From Burkholderiaceae bacterium (GTDB lineage: Bacteria; Pseudomonadota; Gammaproteobacteria; Burkholderiales; Burkholderiaceae_E): 64,000 bases of DNA. The notes below the pieces were generated by a model, which was given only the letters and a program-made list of their open reading frames with translations, was not told where the DNA came from and ran no database searches. The stretch's first letter is position 1. Each line of letters begins with the position of its first letter. The stretch is taken from positions 5,747-69,746 of the forward strand of contig DASPJX010000204.1 in NCBI GenBank assembly GCA_035628395.1, given 5' to 3'. Of the stretch, positions 29,590-38,624 are shown piece by piece. Both the position numbers and the translations under genes were made by a program.

Positions 29590-31100
29590 CCGACACGCTG
29601 CTCGCGCTCGCGGGCGGCTTCGCCGCCGCCGTCTCGCCGATGAACCTCGCGTGGGCGCTGGCCGGCTGCTTCCTCGGCACCGCGATCGGCGTGCTGCCCG
29701 GCATCGGGCCCGCGCTGACCGTCGCGATGCTGCTGCCGCTCACCTCGAAGGTCGAGCCCTCGTCGGCGCTGATCCTGTTCGCGGGCGTCTACTACGGCGC
29801 GATGTTCGGCGGCTCGACGACCTCGGTGCTGATGAACACGCCGGGCGAGTCGGCGACGATGGTCACCGCGCTGGAGGGCAACGCGATGGCCCGCGACGGG
29901 CGGGCCGGCCCCGCGCTCGCGACCGCGGCGATCGGCTCGTTCGTCGCCGGCACCGTCTCGACGGTGCTGCTCACGCTGTCGGCGCCGCTGCTCGCCAGCG
30001 TCGCGCTGCGCTTCGGGCCGGCCGAGTACTTCGCGGTGATGGTGTTCGCGTTCACGACCGTCTCGGCGGTGCTCGGCGCGTCGGTCCTCAAGGGCCTGAC
30101 GAGCCTGCTCGCCGGGCTCGCGATCGGGCTGGTCGGCATCGATCAGGTCTCCGGCACGACGCGCTTCACGCTCGGCATCCCGGAGCTCTTCGACGGCATC
30201 GACGTGGTGGTGGTCGCGGTCGGGCTGTTCGCCGTCGGCGAGACGCTGCACGGCGTGACGACGCGCGGCGCCGCCGCGTCCGCGAACCGGCTGAGCCCGA
30301 CCCGGATGTCGCGCGAGGACTGGCGCCGCTCGCTGCCCGCGTGGCTGCGCGGCACGGCGATCGGCTTCCCGTTCGGCCTCGTGCCGGCCGGCGGCGCCGA
30401 GATCCCGACCTTCGTGTCGTACGCGACCGAGAAACGGCTGTCGAAGCGACCGCAGGAGTTCTCGACCTCGGGCGGGCGCGGCGCGATCGAGGGCGTGGCC
30501 GGGCCCGAGGCGGCGAACAACGCGTCGGTGACCGCCGCGCTCGCGCCGCTGCTGACGCTCGGCATCCCCACCTCGGCCACCACCGCGATCCTGCTCGCCG
30601 CGTTCCAGAACTACTCGCTGCAGCCCGGCCCGACGCTGCTGCAGACCTCGGGGCCGCTGGTCTGGACGCTGATCGCGTCGCTCTACGTCGGCAACGCGAT
30701 GCTGCTCGTGCTGAACCTGCCGCTGATCGGCCTGTGGGTGCGGGTGCTGCGCGTGCCGCCGCCGCTGCTGCACGGCGGCATCCTGGTGTTCTCGACGCTC
30801 GGGGCGTACTCGATCCGCCAGTCGTGGTTCGACCTCGCGCTGCTGCTCGCCGTCGGCCTCGTCGGGCTCGGCATGCGCCGCTTCGGCTTCCCGACCACGC
30901 CGGTGATCGTCGGCATGATCCTCGGCCCGATCGCCGAGAAGCAGCTGCGCAACGCGCTGTCGATCTCGCAGGGCGACTGGTCGGTCTTCGCGACCCGGCC
31001 GCTGTCGCTCGCCTTCCTCGCGGCCGCCGTCGCGGTGCCGCTCGTGCCGCGGCTCGTCCGTCGCCGCGCCCTCCGAACCCGGGAGACTCCATGGCCCTGA
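29586..31100 (+). CDS. tctA: Tripartite tricarboxylate transporter large permease subunit
   Basis: In-frame part of track ORF 29526..31100. ATG 29586 overlaps the tctB stop (ATGA). Polytopic protein of 504 aa with a typical TctA N-terminus ([33 protein letters not shown]). Confidence 0.9.
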   Translation: MTDTLLALAGGFAAAVSPMNLAWALAGCFLGTAIGVLPGIGPALTVAMLLPLTSKVEPSSALILFAGVYYGAMFGGSTTSVLMNTPGESATMVTALEGNAMARDGRAGPALATAAIGSFVAGTVSTVLLTLSAPLLASVALRFGPAEYFAVMVFAFTTVSAVLGASVLKGLTSLLAGLAIGLVGIDQVSGTTRFTLGIPELFDGIDVVVVAVGLFAVGETLHGVTTRGAAASANRLSPTRMSREDWRRSLPAWLRGTAIGFPFGLVPAGGAEIPTFVSYATEKRLSKRPQEFSTSGGRGAIEGVAGPEAANNASVTAALAPLLTLGIPTSATTAILLAAFQNYSLQPGPTLLQTSGPLVWTLIASLYVGNAMLLVLNLPLIGLWVRVLRVPPPLLHGGILVFSTLGAYSIRQSWFDLALLLAVGLVGLGMRRFGFPTTPVIVGMILGPIAEKQLRNALSISQGDWSVFATRPLSLAFLAAAVAVPLVPRLVRRRALRTRETPWP

Positions 31101-32182
31101 TCGCCGCCGTCCGCTCCGACCTCTACCGCATCGCGCTGCCCGTCGTGCTGTCCGACAGCACGCACGGCGACATGACGCACTTCGAGCTGGTGACCGTGCG
31201 CGTGACCGACGCCGACGGCGCCGAGGGCGTCGGCTACACGTTCACCGTCGGCGCGAACGGCGTCGCGATCCACGCGACGCTCGAGCGCTACCTGCAGCCG
31301 CTGCTCGCCGGGCGCGAGGCCGCCGACATCGCCGCCGCGTGGCAGGCGATGTGGTGGGCGACGCACTACGGCGGGCGCGGCGGCGCCGCGGTGCTCGCGA
31401 TCTCGGCCGTCGACATCGCGCTCTGGGACCTCGCCGCGAAGCGCGCGGGCCAGCCGCTGTGGCGCCACCTCGGCGGATTCGACCCGGCGGTGCCGTGCTA
31501 CGCGGGCGGCATCGACCTGATGTTCCCGCTCGATCGGCTGCTGAAGCAGACCGAGGACAACCTCGCCAAGGGCTTCCGCGCGATCAAGATGAAGGTGGGC
31601 CGCGCGAGGCTGTCCGAGGACGTCGAGCGGGTCCGCGCGATGCGCGCGATGCTCGGCGAGGATTTCCCGCTGATGGTCGACGCGAACATGCGCTGGACGC
31701 CCGACCAGGCGATCGCCGCGGCCCGCGCGCTGCAGCCGCTCGCGCCGACGTGGATCGAGGAGCCGACCATCCCCGACGACGTGAGCGGGCACGCGCGGAT
31801 CGTCCGCGAGGGCGGGCTGCCGGTGGCCACCGGGGAGAACTTCCGCACGCTCTGGGAGTTCCGGCAGATGATCGCGGCCGGCGGCGTCACCTACCCCGAG
31901 CCCGACGTCACCAACTGCGGCGGCGTGACGGTGTTCATGAAGGTCGCCGCGCTCGCCGAGGCGTTCAACCTGCCGGTGACCTCGCACGGCGCGCACGACG
32001 TCACCGTGCACCTGCTCGCCGCGGCACCGAACCGCTCGTACCTCGAGGCGCACGGCTTCGGGCTCGATCGCTACGTCGCCGAGCCGCTCGCGATCCGCGA
32101 CGGCGTCGCGATCGCGCCGTCGCGGCCCGGCCACGGCATCGAGTTCGACTGGGCCGGGCTCGAGGCGACGCGTCCCGCGTGA
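31091..32182 (+). CDS. Enolase-superfamily enzyme (mandelate racemase/muconate lactonizing enzyme family; acid-sugar dehydratase/cycloisomerase-like)
   Basis: In-frame part of track ORF 29651..32182. ATG 31091 has GGGAG upstream and overlaps the tctA 3' end by 10 nt. Signature residues AIKMKVG, LMVDAN, WIEEP and VATGEN. Confidence 0.85.
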   Translation: MALIAAVRSDLYRIALPVVLSDSTHGDMTHFELVTVRVTDADGAEGVGYTFTVGANGVAIHATLERYLQPLLAGREAADIAAAWQAMWWATHYGGRGGAAVLAISAVDIALWDLAAKRAGQPLWRHLGGFDPAVPCYAGGIDLMFPLDRLLKQTEDNLAKGFRAIKMKVGRARLSEDVERVRAMRAMLGEDFPLMVDANMRWTPDQAIAAARALQPLAPTWIEEPTIPDDVSGHARIVREGGLPVATGENFRTLWEFRQMIAAGGVTYPEPDVTNCGGVTVFMKVAALAEAFNLPVTSHGAHDVTVHLLAAAPNRSYLEAHGFGLDRYVAEPLAIRDGVAIAPSRPGHGIEFDWAGLEATRPA

Positions 32183-32189
32183 GGCGGCC

Positions 32190-33992
32190 GTGAGCGCCCT
32201 GCCCGTCGCCGCCGACGACCCGGTCGCGCCCGCGCAGCGCCCGCGCGGCCGCTTCGCGCGGCGCGCGTGGGCGCTCGTCGCGCCCTATTTCGCGAGCGAG
32301 CGGCGCTGGCAGGCGATCGGCCTGCTCGCCGCGGTGGTCGCGCTGAACCTGGTCACCGTCTACGTCGACGTGCTGATCAACGACTTCCAGCGCGACTTCT
32401 TCAACGCGATGGAGAGCCGCGACCAGGCCGAGTTCTGGCGCCAGCTGATGCGCTTCGGCGGGCTCGCGTTCGCGTTCATCCTGGTGGCGGTCTACAAGTT
32501 CTACCTGACCCAGCTGTTCGAGCTGCGCTGGCGGACCTGGCTCACCGAGCGCTACGTCGACCGCTGGCTCGAGCACCGCGCGTACTACCGGCTCGAGCTC
32601 GGCGGCGCCGAGGCCGACAACCCCGACCAGCGGATCGCCGAGGACGTCCGGCTGTTCACCGAGTACACGGTGTCGCTGTCGATGGGGCTGCTGAACTCGG
32701 TGGTCACGCTCGCGTCCTTCGTCGCGATCCTGTGGGTCGTGTCGGGGCCGCTCGCCGTCGCGATCGGCGGCACGGAGGTGACGATCCCCGGCTACATGGT
32801 CTGGGTGGCGCTGCTCTACGCGATCGGCGGCAGCCTGCTGTCGCACGCGATCGGCCGGCGCCTGATCCCGCTGAACTTCGCGCAGCAGCGCTTCGAGGCC
32901 GACTTCCGCTACGGGCTGGTGCGCATCCGCGAGCACGCCGAGAGCATCGCGCTCTACCGCGGCGAGGACGCCGAGCGGGGCGGCACGCTCGAGCGCTTCG
33001 GGCGCGTCGTCGCCAACTACTGGGCGCTGGTGCGCGCGCAGAAGCGGCTGATCTGGGTGCAGAGCTTCTACTCGCAGCTCGCGGTGATCTTCCCCTTCGT
33101 CGTCGCCGCGCCGCGCTACTTCGGCGGCTCGCTGAAGCTCGGCGACGTGATGCAGATCTCGAACGCGTTCGCGCAGGTGCAGGGCGCGCTGTCGTGGTTC
33201 GTCGCCGCCTACGCCGACCTCGCCACCTGGAAGGCGACGACCGACCGGCTGCTGACCTTCGACGACGCGCTCGCCGCGCTGCGCGCGTCCGAGGCCTCGC
33301 TGCTGCACGCCGCGCCCGCGGCCGCGCCGGCGCTCGACGGCGTGCGGCTCGACACGCCGCGCGGCACGCCGATCGTCGCCGCCGCGACGCTCGCGATCGC
33401 CCCGGGCGAACGCGTGCTGCTCACCGGCCCGTCGGGCAGCGGCAAGAGCACGCTGTTCCGGGCGCTGGCCGGCATCTGGCCGTACGGCGACGGGCGGGTC
33501 GGCGCGCCCCGGGGGGGCATCCTGTTCCTGCCGCAGCGGCCCTACCTGCCGATCGGGTCGCTGCGCGCGACGGTCTCGTTCCCGGCGGCGGCCGACGCGT
33601 TCGACGACGCGGCGATCGCGCGGGCGCTGCGCGACGCCCGGCTGCCCGCGCTCGCCGACCGCCTCGACGAGGTCGCGGCCTGGGACCGGCGGCTGTCGCC
33701 GGGCGAGCAGCAGCGGCTCGCGGTCGCGCGCGCGCTGCTCAACCGGCCCGACTGGCTGTTCCTCGACGAGGCGACCGCGGCGCTCGACGAGGCGACCGGC
33801 GTCGCGATGTACCGGCTGCTGCTCGAGCGGCTGCCCGGCGCGGCGATCGTCAGCATCGCGCACGACCCGTCGGTGGCCGAGTTCCACGCGCGGCGCGTGC
33901 ACCTCGCGCCGGGCGACGGCGGCTCGCGGCTCGGCGCGCCGCCGCCCGGGGCCGCCGGGCCGGCGGCCGTCGCGCCTCAGGAGCGTCCGTAG
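32190..33992 (+). CDS. ABC transporter, fused permease (SbmA/BacA-like, YddA-type) and ATP-binding domains
   Basis: Track ORF of 600 aa with [13 protein letters not shown] (YddA/SbmA-type membrane-domain motif), Walker [10 protein letters not shown], signature LSPGEQQR and Walker [12 protein letters not shown]. Confidence 0.85.
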   Translation: MSALPVAADDPVAPAQRPRGRFARRAWALVAPYFASERRWQAIGLLAAVVALNLVTVYVDVLINDFQRDFFNAMESRDQAEFWRQLMRFGGLAFAFILVAVYKFYLTQLFELRWRTWLTERYVDRWLEHRAYYRLELGGAEADNPDQRIAEDVRLFTEYTVSLSMGLLNSVVTLASFVAILWVVSGPLAVAIGGTEVTIPGYMVWVALLYAIGGSLLSHAIGRRLIPLNFAQQRFEADFRYGLVRIREHAESIALYRGEDAERGGTLERFGRVVANYWALVRAQKRLIWVQSFYSQLAVIFPFVVAAPRYFGGSLKLGDVMQISNAFAQVQGALSWFVAAYADLATWKATTDRLLTFDDALAALRASEASLLHAAPAAAPALDGVRLDTPRGTPIVAAATLAIAPGERVLLTGPSGSGKSTLFRALAGIWPYGDGRVGAPRGGILFLPQRPYLPIGSLRATVSFPAAADAFDDAAIARALRDARLPALADRLDEVAAWDRRLSPGEQQRLAVARALLNRPDWLFLDEATAALDEATGVAMYRLLLERLPGAAIVSIAHDPSVAEFHARRVHLAPGDGGSRLGAPPPGAAGPAAVAPQERP

Positions 33993-35023
33993 ACCTCGTT
34001 CAGCTGCTGCCCGACGCGCACGAAGGTCGTGCACTTCGACAGGTCCTTCAGCTTGCGCGCGCCGACGTACGTGCACGCCGAGCGCAGCCCGCCGAGGATC
34101 TCCTGCACGGTCTCCTCGACCGGGCCGCGCGCCTCGAGCAGCACCGACTTGCCCTCGGACGCCCGGTAGCGGGCGACGCCGCCCGCGTAGCGCTCCATGG
34201 CCTCGGCCGAGCTCATCCCGTAGAAGCGCCGGAAGACCCGACCGTCCTGCTCGACCCGCTCGCCGCCCGACTCGTCGTGCGCGGCGAACATGCCGCCGAG
34301 CATCACGAAGTCGGCGCCGCCGCCGAAGGCCTTGGCGACGTCGCCGGGCACCGTGCAGCCGCCGTCGCCGCAGATCTGGCCGCCGAGCCCGTGGGCGGCG
34401 TCGGCGCACTCGATGATCGCGGAGAGCTGCGGGTAGCCGACGCCGGTCATCTTGCGGGTCGTGCACACCGAGCCCGGCCCGATGCCCACCTTGACGATGT
34501 CGACGCCGGCGAGGATCAGCGCCTCGGTCATGTCGGCGGTCACCACGTTGCCGGCCATCAGCGCGATCGACGGCCAGCGCTCGCGGAAGCGCCTGACGAA
34601 GTCGACGAAGGCCTCGGTGTAGCCGTTGGCCACGTCGATGCAGACCCACTCGATCGCCCCGCCGGTGCCGCTCCAGACCCGCTCGAACTTCTCGAGGTCG
34701 GCCTTCAGGATGCCGAGCGAGTAGAACGCGTAGCGGTTGCGCTCGGCGTTCTCGCGGGCGAAGAACTCGACCAGCGCGTCGACCGGGTGGTGCTTGTGCA
34801 GCGCGCAGTGCAGGCCGTGGCGCGCGAGCGCGGCCGCCATCTCGAAGGTGCCGACGGTGTCCATGTTGGCCGCGATGATCGGCACCGACGGCCGGCGCAG
34901 CGGCGAGTGGCGGAAGCGGTACTCGCGGACCAGGTCGACGTTGGCCCGGCTGCCGAGCGTGGAGCGCTTGGGCCGGAGCAGCACGTCGCGGAAGTCGAGC
35001 TTCGGTTCGTATTCGATACGCAT
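33977..35023 (-). CDS. guaC: GMP reductase
   Basis: Track ORF 33977..35035. The conserved N-terminus [23 protein letters not shown] begins at the third Met (35023). IMPDH/GMPR active-site loop [11 protein letters not shown]. Confidence 0.9.
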   Translation of the reverse strand: MRIEYEPKLDFRDVLLRPKRSTLGSRANVDLVREYRFRHSPLRRPSVPIIAANMDTVGTFEMAAALARHGLHCALHKHHPVDALVEFFARENAERNRYAFYSLGILKADLEKFERVWSGTGGAIEWVCIDVANGYTEAFVDFVRRFRERWPSIALMAGNVVTADMTEALILAGVDIVKVGIGPGSVCTTRKMTGVGYPQLSAIIECADAAHGLGGQICGDGGCTVPGDVAKAFGGGADFVMLGGMFAAHDESGGERVEQDGRVFRRFYGMSSAEAMERYAGGVARYRASEGKSVLLEARGPVEETVQEILGGLRSACTYVGARKLKDLSKCTTFVRVGQQLNEVYGRS

Positions 35024-35053
35024 GTTCCGCATCATGCCATCGCGGTAATGAGG

Positions 35054-35059
35054 TACAAT
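35054..35059 (+). promoter_or_regulatory. Putative sigma70 -10 hexamer TACAAT upstream of the DEAD-box helicase leader
   Basis: AT-rich hexamer in an otherwise GC-rich intergenic region. It belongs to a recurring nACAAT pattern (see findings). Confidence 0.3.
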
Positions 35060-35183
35060 GAGCGGCTCGGTCGGCTGGATGCATCGCGTTCGCCGACCGT
35101 TCCTTCCATCGCCTCCGACTCCGCCGAGCGCGTCGGGCCCGTCTCACCGGGCCGGCCGGGCGGACGCGCCCCCCGCGGGGGAC

Positions 35184-35212
35184 GCGGTTGGCGCCGATGT
35201 CACGCCAACCGC
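35184..35212 (+). other. 10-bp stem hairpin (GCGGTTGGCG / CGCCAACCGC, 9-nt loop) in the roughly 190-nt 5' leader of the DEAD-box helicase gene
   Basis: Read directly from the sequence: arms at 35184-35193 and 35203-35212. Confidence 0.4.
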
Positions 35213-35246
35213 CGCCCGGTCCGCACCGGGCGCAAGAGGATTTGTC

Positions 35247-36725
35247 ATGTTCCGTGATTCCGACCTGGAGTCGGGCGCGTTCGCGTCCGCATCGCCCGTC
35301 GCCGCCGCCGTCGAGGCCGCGCCGACCGTTCCGTCCGCCTTCGCCGCCCTCGGCCTGTCCGAGCCGATGCTGCGCACGCTCGCCCGCCTCGGCCACGAGA
35401 CGCCGACGCCGGTGCAGCGCGAGGCCATCCCCGCGCTGATCGAGGGCCACGACCTGCTGGTCTCGGCCGAGACCGGCAGCGGCAAGACCGGGGCGTTCCT
35501 GCTCCCGGCGATCGACCGCCTCGCCGCCTCGCCCGAGGGCCGGCGCGGCGCGCCGCGCGTGCTGGTGCTCGCCCCGACCCGCGAGCTCGCGCTGCAGGTC
35601 GAGCAGGCCGCGCTGCTCTACGGCCGTCACCTGCGCAGGATGCGCACGGTCAGCCTGATCGGCGGCGCGCCGTTCGGCCCGCAGCTGCGCCGGCTGTCCG
35701 AGGGCGTCGACCTGGTCGTCGCCACCCCGGGCCGCCTGGTCGACCACCTCGAGCGCGGCCGCATCGACCTGTCGTCGGTCAACCTGCTGGTGCTCGACGA
35801 GGCCGACCGGATGCTCGACATGGGCTTCGCCGACGAGATCGACGCGGTCTGCCGCCGCCTGCCCGACGTCCGGCAGACGGTGCTGTTCTCGGCCACGCTC
35901 GACGCCCGCATCGGCGGCGTCGCGTCGAAGGTCGCCCGCGATCCGCGCCGCATCGAGGTGGATGCGCGCACCGACGCCGGCACGCTCACGCAGGTGGTCC
36001 ACCACGTCGACGACCTGCGCCACAAGCTCGCGCTGCTCGACGCGGTGCTCGGCCGCGGCGACGTCGCGCAGGCGATCGTCTTCGCGTCCACCAAGGCCGC
36101 GGTCGACGAGCTCACGATGAAGCTGCGCGACGACGGCCGCCAGGCCGCGGGGCTGCACGGCGACATGCCGCAGGTGGTGCGCGACCGCGTCGTGCGCTCG
36201 CTGCGCGACGGCCGCATCGGCGTGCTGGTCGCCACCGACGTCGCCTCGCGCGGCATCGACGTGCCGACGATCAGCCACGTCGTGAACTTCGACCTGCCGA
36301 TGCGCGCCGAGGACTACGTGCACCGGATCGGCCGCACCGCGCGCGCCGGTCGCTCGGGCACCTCGATCACGCTGGTGGGCGCGCGCGACCGGCGCCTGCT
36401 GGCCGGCATCGAGCGGCTGCTGCAGACGAGGATCCCGGTCGAGGTGCTGCCCGGCCTCGAGCCGCGCAGCGTGCCGTCGCGGCCGCCCCGCCGCTTCGAC
36501 GCGCGGCCCGGTCCCGGCGGCCGGCCGTCGGGCTCGCGCCCGTCGGGTCCGTCCGACCCGGCGCGCCGCGGCATCGGCGGATTCGGCGGCGCCCGCTCGG
36601 CGGACGCCGGCGGCCGCGACGACGGCTTCGGCGGTCGCGGCCAGGAGTCGCATCGCGGCGCCCCCCGACGCGACGGCCCTCCCGCGCACCGACCCCGCAG
36701 CGCGGCGCGCCGGCACTCCGGCTGA
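35247..36725 (+). CDS. ATP-dependent DEAD-box RNA helicase (RhlE-like) with an Arg/Gly-rich C-terminal tail
   Basis: In-frame part of track ORF 35058..36725. ATG 35247 has AGAGGA upstream. Motifs: Q-motif TPTPVQ, AETGSGKT, PTRELA, DEAD, SAT and HRIGRTARAG. Confidence 0.9.
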   Translation: MFRDSDLESGAFASASPVAAAVEAAPTVPSAFAALGLSEPMLRTLARLGHETPTPVQREAIPALIEGHDLLVSAETGSGKTGAFLLPAIDRLAASPEGRRGAPRVLVLAPTRELALQVEQAALLYGRHLRRMRTVSLIGGAPFGPQLRRLSEGVDLVVATPGRLVDHLERGRIDLSSVNLLVLDEADRMLDMGFADEIDAVCRRLPDVRQTVLFSATLDARIGGVASKVARDPRRIEVDARTDAGTLTQVVHHVDDLRHKLALLDAVLGRGDVAQAIVFASTKAAVDELTMKLRDDGRQAAGLHGDMPQVVRDRVVRSLRDGRIGVLVATDVASRGIDVPTISHVVNFDLPMRAEDYVHRIGRTARAGRSGTSITLVGARDRRLLAGIERLLQTRIPVEVLPGLEPRSVPSRPPRRFDARPGPGGRPSGSRPSGPSDPARRGIGGFGGARSADAGGRDDGFGGRGQESHRGAPRRDGPPAHRPRSAARRHSG

Positions 36726-36739
36726 CGAGCCCCGGCCCG

Positions 36740-36745
36740 TACAAT
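36740..36745 (+). promoter_or_regulatory. Putative -10 hexamer TACAAT for the otsB-glk-GH15 operon
   Basis: GTACAATCGG lies 15 nt after the helicase stop codon and 18 nt before a GGAG Shine-Dalgarno sequence (36763-36766). Confidence 0.3.
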
Positions 36746-36773
36746 CGGTCGGACACCCTGCCGGAGTCCGACC

Positions 36774-37550
36774 ATCGATCGCCCGATCTCGCTGTTCCTG
36801 GACGTCGACGGCACGCTGCTGGAGTTCGCCTCGCATCCCGACGCGGTGATCGTGGGCGATAGCCTGGTCGCGTTGCTCGACGGCCTGCACCGCGCCAGCG
36901 GCGGTGCCCTCGCGCTGGTGAGCGGCCGCTCGATCGAGTCGCTCGACCGGCTCTTCTCTCCGTTTTGCGGCGTCGCCGTCGGCCTGCACGGCATGGAGAT
37001 GCGCCTGTCCCCGGGTGCCGAGCCCGAGCGCAGGCGCACCGACGGCCCGCCCGGCGCGCTGCGCGAGAGCGTCGCCCGGATCGCCGAGCGGCCCGGGGTC
37101 GCGCTCGTCGAGGACAAGGGCCCGGCGATCGCGGTCCACCACCGGCTGCCCGCCCCGGCGATGCAGGCGCTGTGCCGCGAGCTGCGTGCCGCGGGCGAGC
37201 GCCACGCGCCCGGCTGGACCGTGCTGCGCGGGCGGCAGGTGCTCGAGATCAAGCCGGCCGACGCGACCAAGGCGAACGGCGTCGACGCGCTGATGGCCGT
37301 CGCGCCGTTCGCGGGCTCGGTGCCGATCGCGTTCGGCGACGACATCACCGACCTCGACATGTTCGAGGCGATCCGCCGTCACGGCGGCATCGCGGTCGCG
37401 GTCGGGCCCCGGATCGCCGGCAGCGGCGACCTGCAGCTCGACGCGCCCGACGAGAGCCTCGCGCTGCTGCGCGACATCCAGGACGCGCTGCGCGACGGCG
37501 CGCGGTCGGAGCGCATCGTCGGGCTGCTGCGCAGCCGCGCCCATGCCTGA
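36774..37550 (+). CDS. otsB: Trehalose-6-phosphate phosphatase (HAD superfamily); the start codon is non-canonical or unresolved
   Basis: The track ORF starts at GTG 36846. The in-frame upstream sequence encodes the HAD motif I, SLFLDVDGTLLEF (36789-36827), which is homologous to the E. coli OtsB FFDLDGTLAEI. The frame is open back to the helicase TGA (36723-36725) with no ATG, GTG or TTG. ATC 36774 has GGAG 7 nt upstream. Downstream motifs are LVSGRS and FGDDITD. Confidence 0.75.
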   Translation: MDRPISLFLDVDGTLLEFASHPDAVIVGDSLVALLDGLHRASGGALALVSGRSIESLDRLFSPFCGVAVGLHGMEMRLSPGAEPERRRTDGPPGALRESVARIAERPGVALVEDKGPAIAVHHRLPAPAMQALCRELRAAGERHAPGWTVLRGRQVLEIKPADATKANGVDALMAVAPFAGSVPIAFGDDITDLDMFEAIRRHGGIAVAVGPRIAGSGDLQLDAPDESLALLRDIQDALRDGARSERIVGLLRSRAHA

Positions 37551-38550
37551 GTCGCGCGACGGCCACGTCGTGCTGACGGCCGACGTCGGCGGCACCTGGG
37601 CGCGCTTCGCGCTCGCCTGCGACGGCCGGCTGCTGCAGCCGCCGCAGCGCCTCGAGCGCGCGCGCTTCCCCGACCTCGCGAGCGCCTGCCGGCACCATCT
37701 CGGCGGCACCTCCGGCGCCCCGCGCATCGACGGCGCGGCGATCGCCGCGGCCGGGCGCGTCGAGGGCGGCCGCATCGCGATGACCAACGCCGACTGGTCC
37801 GTCGACCCGCAGGCGCTCGCCGGCGAGCTCGGCCTGCGCCCGTCCCGGATCCGCGTGCTCAACGACTTCGCCGCCCTCGCCTGGGTGCTGCCCGAGCTCG
37901 GCCCCGACGAGCGGGTCGCGGCGCCCGGCGGCGCGCACGCGCTCGCGCACGGCGCGCCGCCCCCGGGCGACCCGCTCGGCAACCGCGTCGTCGTCGGGCC
38001 GGGCAGCGGCCTGGGCGTCGCCGCGCTGCTGCGCGTCGGCGATCGCTGGCACCCGCTCGCCACCGAGGGCGGGCACGCGAGCGTCGCGGTGCGCACGCCG
38101 TCCGAGCACGCCGCGCTCGAGCTGGCCGCGTCGCGCTTCGGTCGCGTGTCGTGGGAGCGGCTGCTGTCGGGACCGGGTCTCGCGCTGCTGCACGAGTCGG
38201 CGTGCGCCGAGGCCGGCCTGCCCCCCGCGGGGCTCGACGCGGCCGGCGTCGTCGAGGCCTGCGGCCGGGGCGACCCGCTCGCGCTGCGGGCGGCGCGCAA
38301 CTTCGTCGCGCTGCTCGGCGAGTTCGCCGGCGACCTGGCGCTGCTGTACGACGCGACCGGCGGCGTGACGATCGCCGGCGGCGTGCTGCCCAGCCTCGCG
38401 GCCGTGCTGCCGCTCGACGCGCTGCGCGCGCGCTTCGAGGACAAGGGCCGCTTCGCGGCCTGGCTCGCGACCGTTCCGGTCGACGTGCTGGCCTCGCCGT
38501 TCGCCGCGCTGCGCGGCGCGGCGATCGCGTACCGCGCCTCGTCTTCGTGA
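37543..38550 (+). CDS. glk: Glucokinase
   Basis: Track ORF of 335 aa. N-terminal ATP-binding motif LTADVGGTWARFAL (compare E. coli Glk GDVGGTNARLAL) and NDFAALAW. It overlaps otsB by 8 nt. Confidence 0.8.
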   Translation: MPESRDGHVVLTADVGGTWARFALACDGRLLQPPQRLERARFPDLASACRHHLGGTSGAPRIDGAAIAAAGRVEGGRIAMTNADWSVDPQALAGELGLRPSRIRVLNDFAALAWVLPELGPDERVAAPGGAHALAHGAPPPGDPLGNRVVVGPGSGLGVAALLRVGDRWHPLATEGGHASVAVRTPSEHAALELAASRFGRVSWERLLSGPGLALLHESACAEAGLPPAGLDAAGVVEACGRGDPLALRAARNFVALLGEFAGDLALLYDATGGVTIAGGVLPSLAAVLPLDALRARFEDKGRFAAWLATVPVDVLASPFAALRGAAIAYRASSS

Positions 38551-38624
38551 GAGAGTAAGGGGTCGCGTCCGCGCGCGACCCGCCGTTCGTTCCTCCGCCT
38601 CCCCCCGCGCCCGACCCGCCCACG

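Noticed and set aside
36723-36774. Stop-codon read-through fusing the DEAD-box helicase to OtsB; both are in the same frame, separated only by TGA 36723-36725.
   Set aside because: There is no read-through context or precedent for such a fusion. A TACAAT box and a GGAG Shine-Dalgarno sequence lie between the two, favouring independent initiation. I keep only the non-canonical-start or sequence-error hypotheses.
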